DNA from: Octopus sinensis
Lineage: Eukaryota
Length of the DNA: 64,000 nt
Assembly: GCF_006345805.1 (NCBI RefSeq)
Contig: NC_043004.1
Span: 91,884,001-91,948,000 of the forward strand
Direction of reading: 5' to 3'
Of this stretch, positions 1-13,059 are shown piece by piece. The stretch's first letter is position 1. Every line of letters begins with the position of its first letter. Made by a program: the position numbers and the translations under genes. Under the pieces are notes generated by a model that had not been told where the DNA came from, ran no database searches, and worked only from the letters and a program-made list of their open reading frames with translations.

Positions 1-560
1 CAGCTAGCTATACGACACAAAAATTTTGTATCCTTATATTTTCGATCATCGGAGATCAGCACCTCTATCCAGCACAGCTTCGCATCCACGGATCGGTTTC
101 TGGATCATTGCCCTTTATCAGAGTGGAGTAGCTTGGTTGGCTAGATGACGCTATTGAACTGCTGTCGAAAATATATAGATTTTAAAGTGACACACAGTCA
201 CTGATCAACAAAACAGAAATATTGTTATTTCTAAATCTCTCAAAAAGAGATATACAGTAACAATACCATAAAGTAATGACCTTTTGCCAACATAACGTGG
301 CAGTCCCAGAATGGGACGAATGTTACTGTTATTTTCGACAGCAGTTCAGTTGCGACATCTAGCCAACCAAGCTACTCCACGCTGATAAAAGGCAATGATC
401 CAGAAACCGGGTCCATGAATGCGAAGTTGTGCTGGGTGAATATGCTGATTTCCCCTGTTCGAAAATATAAGGACACGGAATATTTTGTGTCGTATAGCCG
501 GCTAGAAACGATGTTTCCCATCCTGGGACTGCCACATTATGTTGACAAAAGGTCATTACT
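1..560. repeat. Nested inverted-repeat complex (1-175 inverted vs 329-505; 272-316 inverted vs ~516-560)
   Basis: The reverse complement of 1-175 aligns to 329-505. AGTAATGACCTTTTGCCAACATAACGTGGCAGTCCCAG at 272 is mirrored by CTGGGACTGCCACATTATGTTGACAAAAGGTCATTACT ending at 560. Confidence 0.85.
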
Positions 561-600
561 ATATATTTTTATATGTATAATGTAATATAATGATATACCA

Positions 601-808
601 TAATAATCCTTTCTATTATAGGCACAAAGCGTGTAATTTTGGGAGGAGGCTAGTTGATTACATCGATCCCAGTACAAAACTGATCGACCCCAAAAGGATG
701 AAAGGCAAAGACGTCCTCGGTAGAATTTGAACTCAGAACGTAAAGGCGGATGAAATGTCGCTAAGCATTTTGCCCGATGTGCTAACGATTCTGCTAGCTT
801 GTCGTCTT
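601..808 (-). mobile_element. tRNA-derived SINE, family A (diverged copy)
   Basis: Matches the other family A copies: A-box-like TGGCAGAATCGTTAG, B-box-like GAGTTCAAATTC, and a GCCTTTCATCCTTTCGGGGTCGATAAA body on the minus strand. Confidence 0.8.
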
Positions 809-1444
809 TAATTCAATATAATGATACACTATGTTAATAGGGTAAAAGACCACCGGGTTGCACCTAGAAAGTTCCCTTCCTCGGCGCAAGGTTGTTTATT
901 TGCATCACTATCTCCATATCAGCTTGACTGGATTCCTTTTATAAACACTCTTTACTCCCGCGGACTTAGTCCTTGATAGTACAAGAATAGAAAAAATTAA
1001 AATTAAAGAGAAGTTATGAATTATTCAAAGCAGACGACTTTAAACGATTCGCGAATATATTGTATGTTGATGAAGTGTTACATCAGTCTATTCCATATTT
1101 ATTCTTTGCCATTTAAGTAAATAGTCACAAAAATATATTCTAGCAAGCGTTTACAAGTTGGAAAATTATTATAGTTTTATTCGCATCAGTTACGATTTCG
1201 AATTTCTTCAGAAATGGTGTGACGAGTCCAGTTAGAAATCGTTTAACATAATAATTGAAATGAAAAAGAAGAAAAAAAAAGAAAAGACACCGAGATGTGG
1301 TAATATTATGAAACACTTGATCAGAGGGGATTTTCTATGTCGACAACACAACAGAGTATGAACATAGTCCTTTGACCTGATAGTAACATCATACAAATTG
1401 TTTTCAGAAAGAACAGATTAAATGTAGTCCTGGGTAAATTTTAC

Positions 1445-1459
1445 TTGTATGTATGTAAG

Positions 1460-1490
<31 letters not shown>

Positions 1491-1620
1491 GTATGTATGT
1501 ATGTATGTATGTATGTATGTATGTATGTATGTATGTATGTATGTATGTATGCATGTATGTATGTGTGTACGTATGTATGTGTATATATGTGTGTCTGTGT
1601 GTGAGTATATGTATATATAA
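1445..1620. repeat. (ATGT)n microsatellite
   Basis: Tetranucleotide run seen directly. Confidence 0.95.
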
Positions 1621-1811
1621 ATTATAGATAATATGGGTAGCTAATTCGCAATTTTTCAACCTAAAGGCAGAAATATATACGTCACTAAAGTGACAAAAAG
1701 GTACAGATCAGCAATACTATTGCAAGAAATAAGAGTCAAAACAACTCAATAGCCACAGAAGGCACTATCTTAATGATTGACGCTCGAGGCAACCACCCTA
1801 CAGCAGCAGGT

Positions 1812-2001
1812 GTGGAGGTGCAATGACCCAGTGGTTAGGGTAGCGGACTCGCGGTCGTAAGAACGCGGTTTCGATTCCAAGACCGGCATTGTGAGTGTTT
1901 ATTGAACAAAAACACCTGAGCTCCACGAGGCCCCGGCGGGGCGGGGGTGGTATGAACCCCGCTGTACTCTTTCACCACAACTTTCTCTCACTCTTTCTTC
2001 C
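1812..2001 (+). mobile_element. tRNA-derived SINE, family C (3'-truncated)
   Basis: GTGGAGGTGCAATGACCCAGTGGTTAGGG...GGTTTCGATTCC head, homologous to the copies at 17330, 25992 and 40819. Confidence 0.85.
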
Positions 2002-2291
2002 TACTTCTGCCACAAAGCAGAGGAACCATGATGTAACCCACTATGGTGTGGTAAACTTTCAGACCCTAGTCTAGATTGCGAATCCTATGTACCCCAGGAT
2101 GGCTCAGCTCTCCACCCGTTAAAAGCCGCCGTTTACGGAATGAGGATAACAACGTAGCTTTCGCGCCCGTGCAACCGCCAGTCTATCGCGTGTGGTGGGT
2201 GGATCTTCAAGTTGCCACACGCATTCTTAGTAGCTTAGAATAGGTTCGAATTAGAGATTATTCTTTGTGGCTAATGGCGTGAGTCCTGATT

Positions 2292-2432
<141 letters not shown>

Positions 2433-2779
2433 CAGCAGCAGATATTGCCAGATCATCGATCATTTCAAATATGCCGACGCGTCTTAATGCTCATCGGTGG
2501 CTCTCACTGCACCTAGGGTTAAAGTCTTCTAAACCTTGTCGGTTTAGAAGATTTTTGTTGAAATCATACCCTGATTTCATAAACGGTAAAAGTGAAAATT
2601 AGAAATATGTGGATAGCTAATTCGCAAATTTACGAGTTAAAGGCAAAAGCATATACGTTACTAAAGTGACAAAGGACATTAACCAGTACCACTATTGCTA
2701 GAAATAAGAGCCAAAACAACCCTTGTCAGTCATTAAGATAGTATTTTCTGGGACTATTGATTTATTTTGACTCTTATTT

Positions 2780-3307
2780 CTAGCAATGTTGGTGGTAAAT
2801 TGCTAAAAGAGCCTGGGAGCAATAGATTCGTTCCTGCTTCTGAAAAGGTGTGAGAAATTTGCGTGGTAGGATTAAAGGTGTTGAGTTAATCCATTTTTCG
2901 TAAATTTCTGCTTTATTGTTATTGTTTATCATGTTCTAAAAAGTAAATTTCCTTGAGTTGAGAATTTTAGACCAAATATGGCTAATCCGACTTTTAATTA
3001 AACGTGTCGACATTGGTATATTTTCATTGTAGTTTCGGTTTTTTATTGATGATTCTTTTTCAAAGTTATTTGTCAAGAATGAATGCAGTGTCGTGCATAG
3101 TTTGTTCAAATTTTGACTAACTTGTTCTGTAGATTGTCTTCTTTGTTCAAATTCCGTTTCTTCTCGGGTACGGTAATTTAGTCCATATATTTTGTTAGTT
3201 AGAATAACTAAATTTGAGCTAATTTCTTTCAATTCTTTTAGTATGTCCTCGCTGGTAATTTTATCAAAAGTGTTTGAGGTAGGTTTTGGTGGCATTTTCC
3301 GTTCCAC
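2780..3307 (-). pseudogene. Possible N-terminal ORF fragment of the Penelope-like element, in inverted orientation
   Basis: ORF 2936-3307(-) follows the inverted terminal-repeat copy at 3391-3491. The assignment rests on position, not on a recognised motif. Confidence 0.35.
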
Positions 3308-3488
3308 GTGTGGTAAATAGTAGTAGTAGTAGTAACAGAAAAGAGGTGAGTTGTAATGTATATAAGAAATTAAACGTGGTGGGTTGTAATGTATATAAGA
3401 AATTAAAAAAGGAAAATACGCACACTTACATAGTTTTAATATAATTTGTAATATATCGACCGGTTTCGCTATCGCTATTCATGATATT

Positions 3489-4646
3489 ATGCTTTACAAC
3501 CTAATAATGGGTTATTTTGAATTCACATTATATGAAGTATCACTTCAGAAATATGGTTACCCATTTTACCTCTACATAAGAGAAAATTGGAAGAGATACC
3601 TAGATGACTACTTTACCATCTGGAAGGAGAACATCGACAAACTTTTGGATTTCAAAACAGCACTAAATGACATAAATAGTAACATTCAATTCACAATGGA
3701 ATATAACAAAGAACAACTCCCATTTTTAGACATCATGATAAAAAAAGTTAGCAATAAAATCATAACTGACATTTATTATAAACCAACTGATTCAAAACAA
3801 TATCTTCTCTTTAACTCATGCCACCGAAACACATCAAAATACTTAGCAAAAATGATCTGCACAATATATCGTCTGATAGAACAACTCGGGACCTTCGTCT
3901 TCAAGACCTCAAAACAACACTTATTGAAAGACAATATCCACCCTAACTTATCGACGAGGGAATTAAAGGTGCTAAACAATTAGACACAAAAGCACTAAAA
4001 ACAAAAAAAACGTAGCACCACACCTCAACTCAAAACATTGCTATTTATATCAACACACAACCCCAGAAACAGTGAGGCATTAAACACTATTGTGCAAACT
4101 CTTCCTTTACTAACTAGAGATCCAAAAATGAACGACATCCTGAAAACACACAAACTCATCAAATGCAAAAAACAAGACAAATCGCTAAAGAGACTACTAA
4201 CAAATACAAAGCTTTACAAAATAACCACGAAACCAACGGTTGAAAAATGTGGACGCCCAAACTGTGGAACCTGTCCCAACCTGCTTGAAGGCTCGGATTT
4301 CCTTTTCAAACAAGGACAGAGTTTCACAATTAAAACTAGTTTCACTTGTGCCTCTGAGAACCTAATTTATGTAATAACCTGCTCGGGTTGCGGACACCAC
4401 TATATTGAACAAACGAGTATGACCTTGAAAAAGAGAACCATTCTACATAAAGAGCAAATCCGTTTCCCGCAATACAGACAAATTCCTCTCAGTGAACATA
4501 TAGAAAAATGTGCAGGTAACATAAAACCAAATTTCACAGTCTTCCCTTTCTACCAGTGCAAAGACGGAATCTCTCAACTAGAACGTTTAAATAAAGAAAC
4601 TTTTTTCATTGAAAGATACAAAACACGTCTTAATATGCACGTATAA
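3489..4646 (+). mobile_element. Penelope-like retroelement remnant: RT C-terminus plus GIY-YIG endonuclease (frameshifted)
   Basis: RT motif YLDDYFTIW, then LPFLDI and YYKPTDSKQYLLFNSCH. Cys knuckle CGRPNCGTC. GIY-YIG-type LIYVITCSGCGHHYIEQT, with ERLNKETFFI near the end. Confidence 0.9.
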
Positions 4647-5036
4647 CCAACTTTTATCTTTTTACATATTTCAGTTCCCGATTGCAACACTGTACATAAA
4701 TCCCCTACTAAACAAGGTTTTTGAAACTTGTCTCTGTCTGTACACATATATAATCCCCACCCATTACCGAAAGCTGAAGAGTTACCCACAACAATAACAA
4801 TAATAACGACAACCAGTTACCTCCCTTTATTTATCTACTCGTGAAGTCATTCACTCGTGAATTTCATCACACACAACATGGACAAAATTTCTTCTTAAGA
4901 AAAAATATATATTCAAATAAGTAAAACATAATATCATGAATAGCAATAGCGAAACCGGTCAATATATTAAAAATTATATTAAAATATGTAAGTGTGCGTA
5001 TTTTCCTTTTCTTAATTTCTTATATATTGTATATAT

Positions 5037-5093
<57 letters not shown>

Positions 5094-5110
5094 TGTGTGT
5101 GCTGAGATTC

Positions 5111-5230
5111 CTTCAGTTTCCGCCTACCACATCTCCCCAAAAGGAGGCTCGAGGCTATAGTAAAAGATACTTGCCCAAGATGCCAAGCAGTGGGACTGAA
5201 CCTGGGACTACGTGGTCGGGACGCAAACTA
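5111..5230 (-). mobile_element. SINE family B head/core fragment
   Basis: ACTTGCCCAAGATGCC...GGGACTGAACC matches the family B head and core. Confidence 0.7.
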
Positions 5231-5284
5231 CTTCTATGCATTGTGCACACAGACAGACTTGTTTTATTATATTACGTATATTGT

Positions 5285-5687
5285 TTTCTAATCAAGGCAC
5301 AAGGCTCGAAATTCTGGGGGCGGGCGCCAGTCGATTAAATCAACTCCAGTACGCAGCTGGTACTTAACTTATCGACTCCGAAAGGATAGAAGGCAAAGTC
5401 GACCTCGGCGGAATTTGAACTTAGAACGTAAAGACAGACGAAATACCTATTTCTATTTCTTTACTACCCACAAGGGGCTAAACACAGAGAGGACAAACAA
5501 GGACAGACAAACGGATTAAGTCAATTATATCGACTCCAGTGCGTAACTGGTATTTAATTTATCTACCCCGAAAGGATGAAAGCCAAAGTCGACCTCGGCG
5601 GAATTTGAACTCAGAACGTAAAGGCAGACGAAATACGGTTAAGCATTTCGCCCGGCGTGCTAACGTTTCTGTCAGCTCGCCGTCTTA
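5285..5687 (-). mobile_element. Two tandem family A SINEs (partial alpha-tail copy plus full beta-tail copy)
   Basis: The GGCAAAGTCGACCTCGGCGGAATTTGAACT body occurs twice, with two different tails. Confidence 0.85.
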
Positions 5688-6008
5688 ATGTGAAAACGTA
5701 TTGAAACAGCTATTGTTATAATTGGGGACGGCAAAAGATAACCATCCCGCAAGTATAACAATATTTTTATTATATTCTTACAACAGAGGTGACAGTGACT
5801 TCGAATTCTGAAGTGTACAGTGTATTGCTATATCCTTTCCAGTCTTCAATTAATGTTGGGAAGTCACTCGCCTTACAATAGAGCTCCTATGTCATTCGAT
5901 TTAAACTCGAGCTATTGTAAAACAATTTAACATTAAGCTGAAGAATTGTTCAATTCTTTCTTGTCAAGTATATATTTATTATACTTTTATAAGTATGTAA
6001 TATAATAA

Positions 6009-6386
6009 TCTGTATATATATATATATATATATATATAAAGGCAAAATGTCTGCGTGTGTGTCCTTTATACAAATCCACAATTTTCAGTTAGAGGGCTCG
6101 CACTTTCTATGGTCATTCAAAACCGTCCAAGGGTGGTCGTACACATCTTTACATTTCCCCAGTCACCCCGCAAAGCCATTAAAAAATCAATAGAAGTGAC
6201 TTTTTTGTGAATTTTCTATCCAAAACCCAATCAAAATACCCGAAACTCGATACGCCAATTGAATGCATGCTAGCTGTATGTGATTGGTCGGAGATTTGGA
6301 CAGTTCTCGCGTGTATGTGCGCACGCACGCAGCTGTATATGCACGCACTAGGACTATGACCCTGTGTTGCTGGGTCATAGTGCTAG
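6009..6386 (+). mobile_element. Non-autonomous Helitron-like element
   Basis: Starts A|TC. The 3' hairpin ACTATGACCC-tgtgttgct-GGGTCATAGT is followed immediately by GCTAG|T. No TSD. Confidence 0.7.
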
Positions 6387-6393
6387 TACACTA

Positions 6394-6616
6394 TAATAAT
6401 CTTTTCTACTCTAGGCACAAGGACCGAAATTTTTGAGTAGGGGTGGCCAGTCGATTAGATCGACCCCAGTATGCCACTGGTACTTAATTTATCGACCCCG
6501 AAAGGATGAAAAGCAGAGTCGACCTCGGCGGAATTTGAACTCAGAACGTAACGGCAGACGAAATACGGCTAAGCATTTCGCCTGGCGTGCTAACGCTTCT
6601 GCCAGCTCGCCGCCTT
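6394..6616 (-). mobile_element. SINE family A (full length, alpha tail)
   Basis: Complete head, body and tail match to the family. Confidence 0.9.
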
Positions 6617-6892
6617 AATACGCTATAATAATACAATATGATAATATACTATAACGATTCCTTTGTTTAATAATAATGATTTCTTTATTAATATAATACA
6701 ATAAAACATGTATACATTAAAACAAGCACCAATATATTAGTTCAGTTCCGACGTGAGTACTTTCCTAACATGAATTGAAGACGGGAAATGATGCGATTAA
6801 AACAAGTACACTCTTCAATAGAATGTTAAATTGTTTTTGGTTATAAATCTATATAAATACAAGCATTAATGTGTGTGTATACATACGCGCTC

Positions 6893-7405
<513 letters not shown>

Positions 7406-7571
7406 TTATCTCACTAAATATATATATATATGTATATATGTCTCTCTCTCTATATATATGTATATATTTATATATGTACACACGCGCGCGCACATATATA
7501 TTTATTTATATGGCCGCAGTCAAAAGACTGAAACTAGTAAAAGAATATAAGAATATATCTATCTATATGTA

Positions 7572-7605
<34 letters not shown>

Positions 7606-7610
7606 AAGAC

Positions 7611-7643
<33 letters not shown>

Positions 7644-8181
7644 TACAGGGAGAGAGAGATACATAATTTTTACTTATAAATGGGTATGTATGTAGATGTC
7701 CATATATACATACATACATACACATGAAAATACGCGTTTGTCTACATATGTAGGAACGTAAAAATCTTTGTGTTCGTATGTGTGCGGACATGCATTCATA
7801 CATGCACACATATATTACTATATATATACATATTTACTTACGTGTACTTTTATTTGCTGTTTTCAATTAAACTTCATTTATATTTCTACATTTTTATATT
7901 ATTAAATTCTGAGATGTACAGTCAACTGTTCCTAAGCCATACTTAGGTTTATTCACCTATTTTCGCTTATCTTTTTAATTATATGATTTAATATAATTAT
8001 TTTTACTCGTAGATACACGTGCACTTAAATGAACTTCTAAATGTAGGCATATGTACACACATGGACCTTTAGATCGTTTTCGGATCTATATTTAGTCATT
8101 TTAGAATTATTCTTTATCTCTTCATACTTATTTCTTTCTCCAATTCGCTTGTAGTATTTATGTTTATTTATTTATTTTTTT

Positions 8182-8580
8182 ATTTATCTGTTTCAGTCAT
8201 TTGACTGCGGCCGTGCTGGAGTACCGCCTTTAGTCGAGCAAATCGACCCCAGGACTTATTCTTTGTAAGCCTAGTACTTATTTTATCGGGTTCTTTTGCC
8301 GAACCGCTAGCTGACGGGGACGTAAACACACCAGCATCGATTGTCAAGCGATGTTGGGGTGGGGGGACAAACACAGACATACAAAGATATACATACACAC
8401 ATATATATATATATATACGACGGACTTCTTTCAGTTTCCGTCTACCAAATCCACTCACAAGGCTTTGGTCGGCCCGAGGCTATAGTAGAGGACACTTGTC
8501 CAAGGTACCCGGCAGTGGGACTGAACCCGGAACCATGTGGTTGGTAAGCAAGCTACTTACCACACAGCCACTCCTGCGCC
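8182..8580 (-). mobile_element. tRNA-derived SINE, family B (CORE-like, full length)
   Basis: Minus strand GGCGCAGGAGTGGCTGTGTGGTAAG...GGTTCAGTCCC head, CCTTGG(G/A)CAAGTG CORE-like box, internal (CA/TA) microsatellite and conserved tail. Confidence 0.9.
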
Positions 8581-8764
8581 TATTTATGTCATTTTTCACC
8601 CCAGCTCCCTAGTAAATATTTTGTTTTCGTTGTGTACTCATATTGCAATGATCTAATTTATATCTTCTGATACGATTTTACTGTAATTCTATGCATCTTT
8701 CAAAATTATCTCTTTTAATAAACATACTTACCTCCTTAGAATGTATACCTTAATATGTGTGAGT

Positions 8765-8902
8765 TGCATTCCGCCAAGGTCGATTTTGCCATTCACCCTT
8801 TTGGGGTTAATAAATTAAGTACCAGTTACGTACTGAGGTAGATCTAATCGACTGGTCCCCTCCCCTAAAATTTCGAGCCTTGTGCCTAGAGTAGAAAAGA
8901 AT
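8765..8902 (+). mobile_element. SINE family A, 5'-truncated
   Basis: Body and tail match (…TAAATTAAGTACCAG…TGTGCCTAGAGTAGAAAAG). Confidence 0.8.
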
Positions 8903-9489
8903 ACGTGAGAGCTGCATAGGCGAATGGTTAAAGAAAGTCGCTTGGCATTAAAAAACAAAAAATCCTGGGTTTGATCCTATTGGGTAGCATATTGGACGAG
9001 TGTCTTTTGCCATTGTCTCGGGTCACTCCAAGTCCTGTGAGCGACATTGAGTAGACAAAAACTGTGCAGTAGCACATCGAACTGGTTGATCTGCAATTCA
9101 GAGGTACAGTCTTCTCAGAACTGTGTCACACTGATTTTGCCTAATGATTCTGTAAATGGTACAAAGATAATGTTTGTGGAATGCTCAGCCACTTACGCAT
9201 TAATTCAATTAGTAGTCAAGAGATAATTAAGTTAACTGAACAACTGAATCCTCTTCGTCGGAACTGCCAGAAATCCATTTTCTAAGCCATCTTATATTTA
9301 TCATCGAATTAACGAATATCATTATAAAATTAAATCCAGCTCGCCTCTTAATGAAATATACGAAGTAATGTTAAAATATTTTTAATATAATTTTCACGTT
9401 GGTAGAGTTATTTTCAGTTCTAGAAGCCACAATTAATTTCTGAAAAATATGTTAAAATGTTCTTATATTTAAATAATCCGATCTTTTAT

Positions 9490-9690
9490 CTTTTACTTAT
9501 TTCCATCATTAGATTGCGGCCATGCTAGGGCACCACCTTAAAGGAGAGTCGAATGAATTGACCCCAGTACTTATTTTTGCTAAGCCTGGTACTTATTCCG
9601 TCGGGTTCTTTTGCTGAGCCGCTAGATTACAAGGACGTAAACATACCAACACCGGTTGTCAAGCAGTGATAGGAGCAAGCACAGACACAG
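9490..9690 (-). mobile_element. SINE family B tail fragment
   Basis: Diverged match to the family B 3' half. Confidence 0.7.
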
Positions 9691-9743
9691 CCATACCCAC
9701 CCACACACACATACATACTTATATACATACATATATATATATG

Positions 9744-9784
<41 letters not shown>

Positions 9785-9790
<6 letters not shown>

Positions 9791-10175
9791 TAATGCAATA
9801 CGAGAGTACTGCTTTCCAGTAAAGGATAGCCCGTGAGGGTAAAATTATACATAAGTAAATAAATGGTACAACGAAGCACCGATATTTACTGGAAAATAGC
9901 GCGAACGTAATAAATACGACGCTAATGTATAGCTTCACTGTGTATGTACTAGTAAAGGCTTGTGTGCAACAACATGAAAAAAATTGTCTTACCTCTAGGA
10001 AGAACATCTGAAAAATGAAAAACCTAGATAACGGATAATGCAGTATTTATTACGTTCGCTATTTTCCAGTAAATATCAGTGCTTCGTTGTACCATTTATT
10101 TACTTTTATGTATAATTTTACCCTCACGGGCTATCCTTTACTGGAAAGCAGTACTCTCGTATTGCATTACTATTT
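9785..10175. repeat. Inverted repeat, ~133-bp arms (9785-9917 / 10043-10175)
   Basis: The arms are reverse complements with one substitution and a few small indels. Confidence 0.95.
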
Positions 10176-10269
10176 TCATTGAAACTTTTTGGCGTTCAGA
10201 CGAGTGTACTGGCATAGATGTGGCAAAATTTGAAATATTGTCGAGGTTTATGCAGCTGATGAAGATAAA

Positions 10270-10550
10270 TCAAATATAGGTACGTATGTATGTATCCAAG
10301 GGTGTACGTAAGTATGAATGTATCCATGTATGTACATACGTACTATGTATTGTATCCGTGCATGTACGCACGTACGTATGTATCCATGAATGTACGTACG
10401 TATGTAGGTACCTGCAATGTACGTACGTACATACGTAATTATGTATCATACATGTACGTATAAATGTATGTATGTATGTATGTATGTATGTATGAATTGT
10501 ATGTATGTATGTATGTATGTATATATGTATGTATGAATGTATGTATATAT
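10270..10550 (-). repeat. (CGTA/CATA)-rich minisatellite element, inverted copy of 14795-15045
   Basis: Shares the non-periodic segment CATGATACATAATTACGTATGTACGTACGTACAT in the opposite orientation. Confidence 0.8.
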
Positions 10551-10660
10551 GCATGATATATTATATATATATATATATATATAATATATAATATATATAT
10601 ATATATATATATACATGCATATAATATACATACATGACTACATATATATTATATATAACT

Positions 10661-10981
10661 GGCACTCCGTCAATAACGACGATGTATATGTATATATTTT
10701 TCTTCTATGTGTTTCAACCCAAAGTCTGTGGTAATGCCGAGACACCGCGGTACCATCACATTTTTGAATGACCATTCTTATGTGGCTGAGCACTCCACAG
10801 ACTCGTGTACAATTAACAGAGTGTAACGAGGCTGGAATACAGGTACTACTCATTTTTTCTAGCTGAGTGGACTGGAGCAACGTGAAATAGCGACTTGCTC
10901 AAGGCAACAACGCGCGGCCGGGAACTGAACTCACGACTTTACGATGGCGTGTCCGACATCCTAATCGCCAAGCCACGCGCC

Positions 10982-10986
<5 letters not shown>
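10661..10986 (-). mobile_element. tRNA-derived SINE, family D head with C-type tail
   Basis: Minus strand GTGAAGGCGCGTGGCTTGGCG...GTGAGTTCAGTTCCC head, CCTTGAGCAAG CORE-like box, and a tail like family C (GTGGAGTGCTCAGCCAC). Confidence 0.75.
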
Positions 10987-11015
<29 letters not shown>

Positions 11016-11539
11016 ACACACACACACACACATTCACACACACATGCGCACACACCACACATACACACACACACATACGGCGGGCTTCTTTCAGTTTTCG
11101 TCTTCCAAATCCACTTACAAGGCTTTGGTCGCCCCGAGGGTAACATTGATTGTGGTTTAGCGACAACTGATTTCAACTGCAAATCTTCTACGTATCTCAC
11201 CCATACCGTCGAGAGTAAGGACCAGGTATTGTAATTGTTGAGATTCAAAGGCCCACAGCAATTCAATATCTTACCTCAAAAATACCTGAAAAATCTACAC
11301 GAAGTGGGAGTAGATCTTTCGAAGAAACACCTAGTCTTGCTGTCGGAGATCCTGATGAACCTACATCACAGCAAGAAACTCAAAAGAGGACAGCAATATC
11401 AAAATCCCCCTTTTGCTAAAAGCCAACCACATGAGAATGGTCAATTAAAAAGGTGCTGATACAGTCGTATATATATGTATATGTATATATATATATGTGT
11501 ATGTGATTGTGTGTCTGAGTTTGTCTGTGTTGTCTGTGT

Positions 11540-11945
11540 TTATATATATAAAACTTAAAGCTTATGGCGACCACCGTGCAATGTCTAAGGAAAATAGTCT
11601 GACAAAGGGGCATATAAGCCCTCGACAGAAAAAAAAAGAAAAGTCTCCTAACCGCGTGGGAGGCGAACCCGCATCCCTTTGTTAACGCGACTAAATGTGT
11701 TACCTTTGCATCAGTGAATCAGCCTTCCCATTTCTGTCAAATCTAAGAACTATAAGAAATGGGGAGGCTGATTCGCTGGTGTAAAGGTAAATAAAACACT
11801 TAGCCGCGTTAATAGAGGGATGTGGATTCAGCTCCCACGCGGATAGGAAACCCTTCGTTTTTTTCTGTCGAAGGGTTATATGCCCCTAGATTATTTTCCT
11901 TAGTCATTACACGGTGATCGCCATAAGCTTTAAGCTTATATAAAA
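11540..11945. mobile_element. Fold-back (palindromic) MITE-like element
   Basis: Diverged ~190-bp arms (11540-11735 / 11755-11945) around a ~19-nt loop. TA-rich ends. Confidence 0.8.
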
Positions 11946-12011
11946 ATACCATTATTATTATTACAGGATTGCAAACTCGACGTCGTATAAAAAACCATTC
12001 GCACCGAAAAA

Positions 12012-12015
<4 letters not shown>

Positions 12016-12107
<92 letters not shown>

Positions 12108-12190
12108 ATATATAATATATAATATAACATATATATATATATAATATATATATATACATATAATATATATATATATATATACATAACATA

Positions 12191-12241
<51 letters not shown>

Positions 12242-12375
12242 TACATATATACATACATACATACATGCATATGTATGTGTTGTATCTCTATATGTGAGTA
12301 CATATGCATATAATATTTATATACGTATATATGTATATATATATCTTTATATATATATATATGTGTGTGTGAGTG
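12016..12375. repeat. (TA)n-rich microsatellite
   Basis: Seen directly. Confidence 0.95.
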
Positions 12376-12932
12376 TGTGTGTCTGTAATACTGTTATTAA
12401 AATTATCGATAATAAAATTACTATAGTAAAAATGTCATTCTAATGGCCGCGGCTGAACATTATGTCTGAATCAGCTAGTGTAAGTAGGTATAACAGGGTG
12501 CGATGTAGATGACGTGGATGTGGACGAAGTCTAGATGCAATCTAGATAGATGGAGGAGGAAAGGATTAATACTAATTGAAATCCCTTTGATGATGTCCTA
12601 GTTTGTAAAGACCTTTCTTACTTGGCATTTTTTCTCTTCCTTTCTATCTATTAATTTATTTAGATGTTTTCAATAAAATATAATGTTAAAAAACACACAC
12701 ACACACACACAATCCTTACAGAAGTTTACATGAATGTATGTACAGACATTTATAGACTTATATATAAATCTATAGATAAAATTTTGTCTATGTATTGGTA
12801 TATATTTACATATATATTGACGAAGATACTTATACATACATTATTACAGTTTATATACGTATGTTTATATGCACACACACATGCATATATATATGTTTAT
12901 ATATATATATCAAAGTATCAAAGTATATTATG

Positions 12933-12963
<31 letters not shown>

Positions 12964-12974
12964 GTATATATGTA

Positions 12975-13012
<38 letters not shown>

Positions 13013-13013
13013 C

Positions 13014-13059
<46 letters not shown>

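Noticed and set aside
5934-5965. CTGAAGA followed by an AATTG/CAATT hairpin
   Set aside because: No GAAA box follows.
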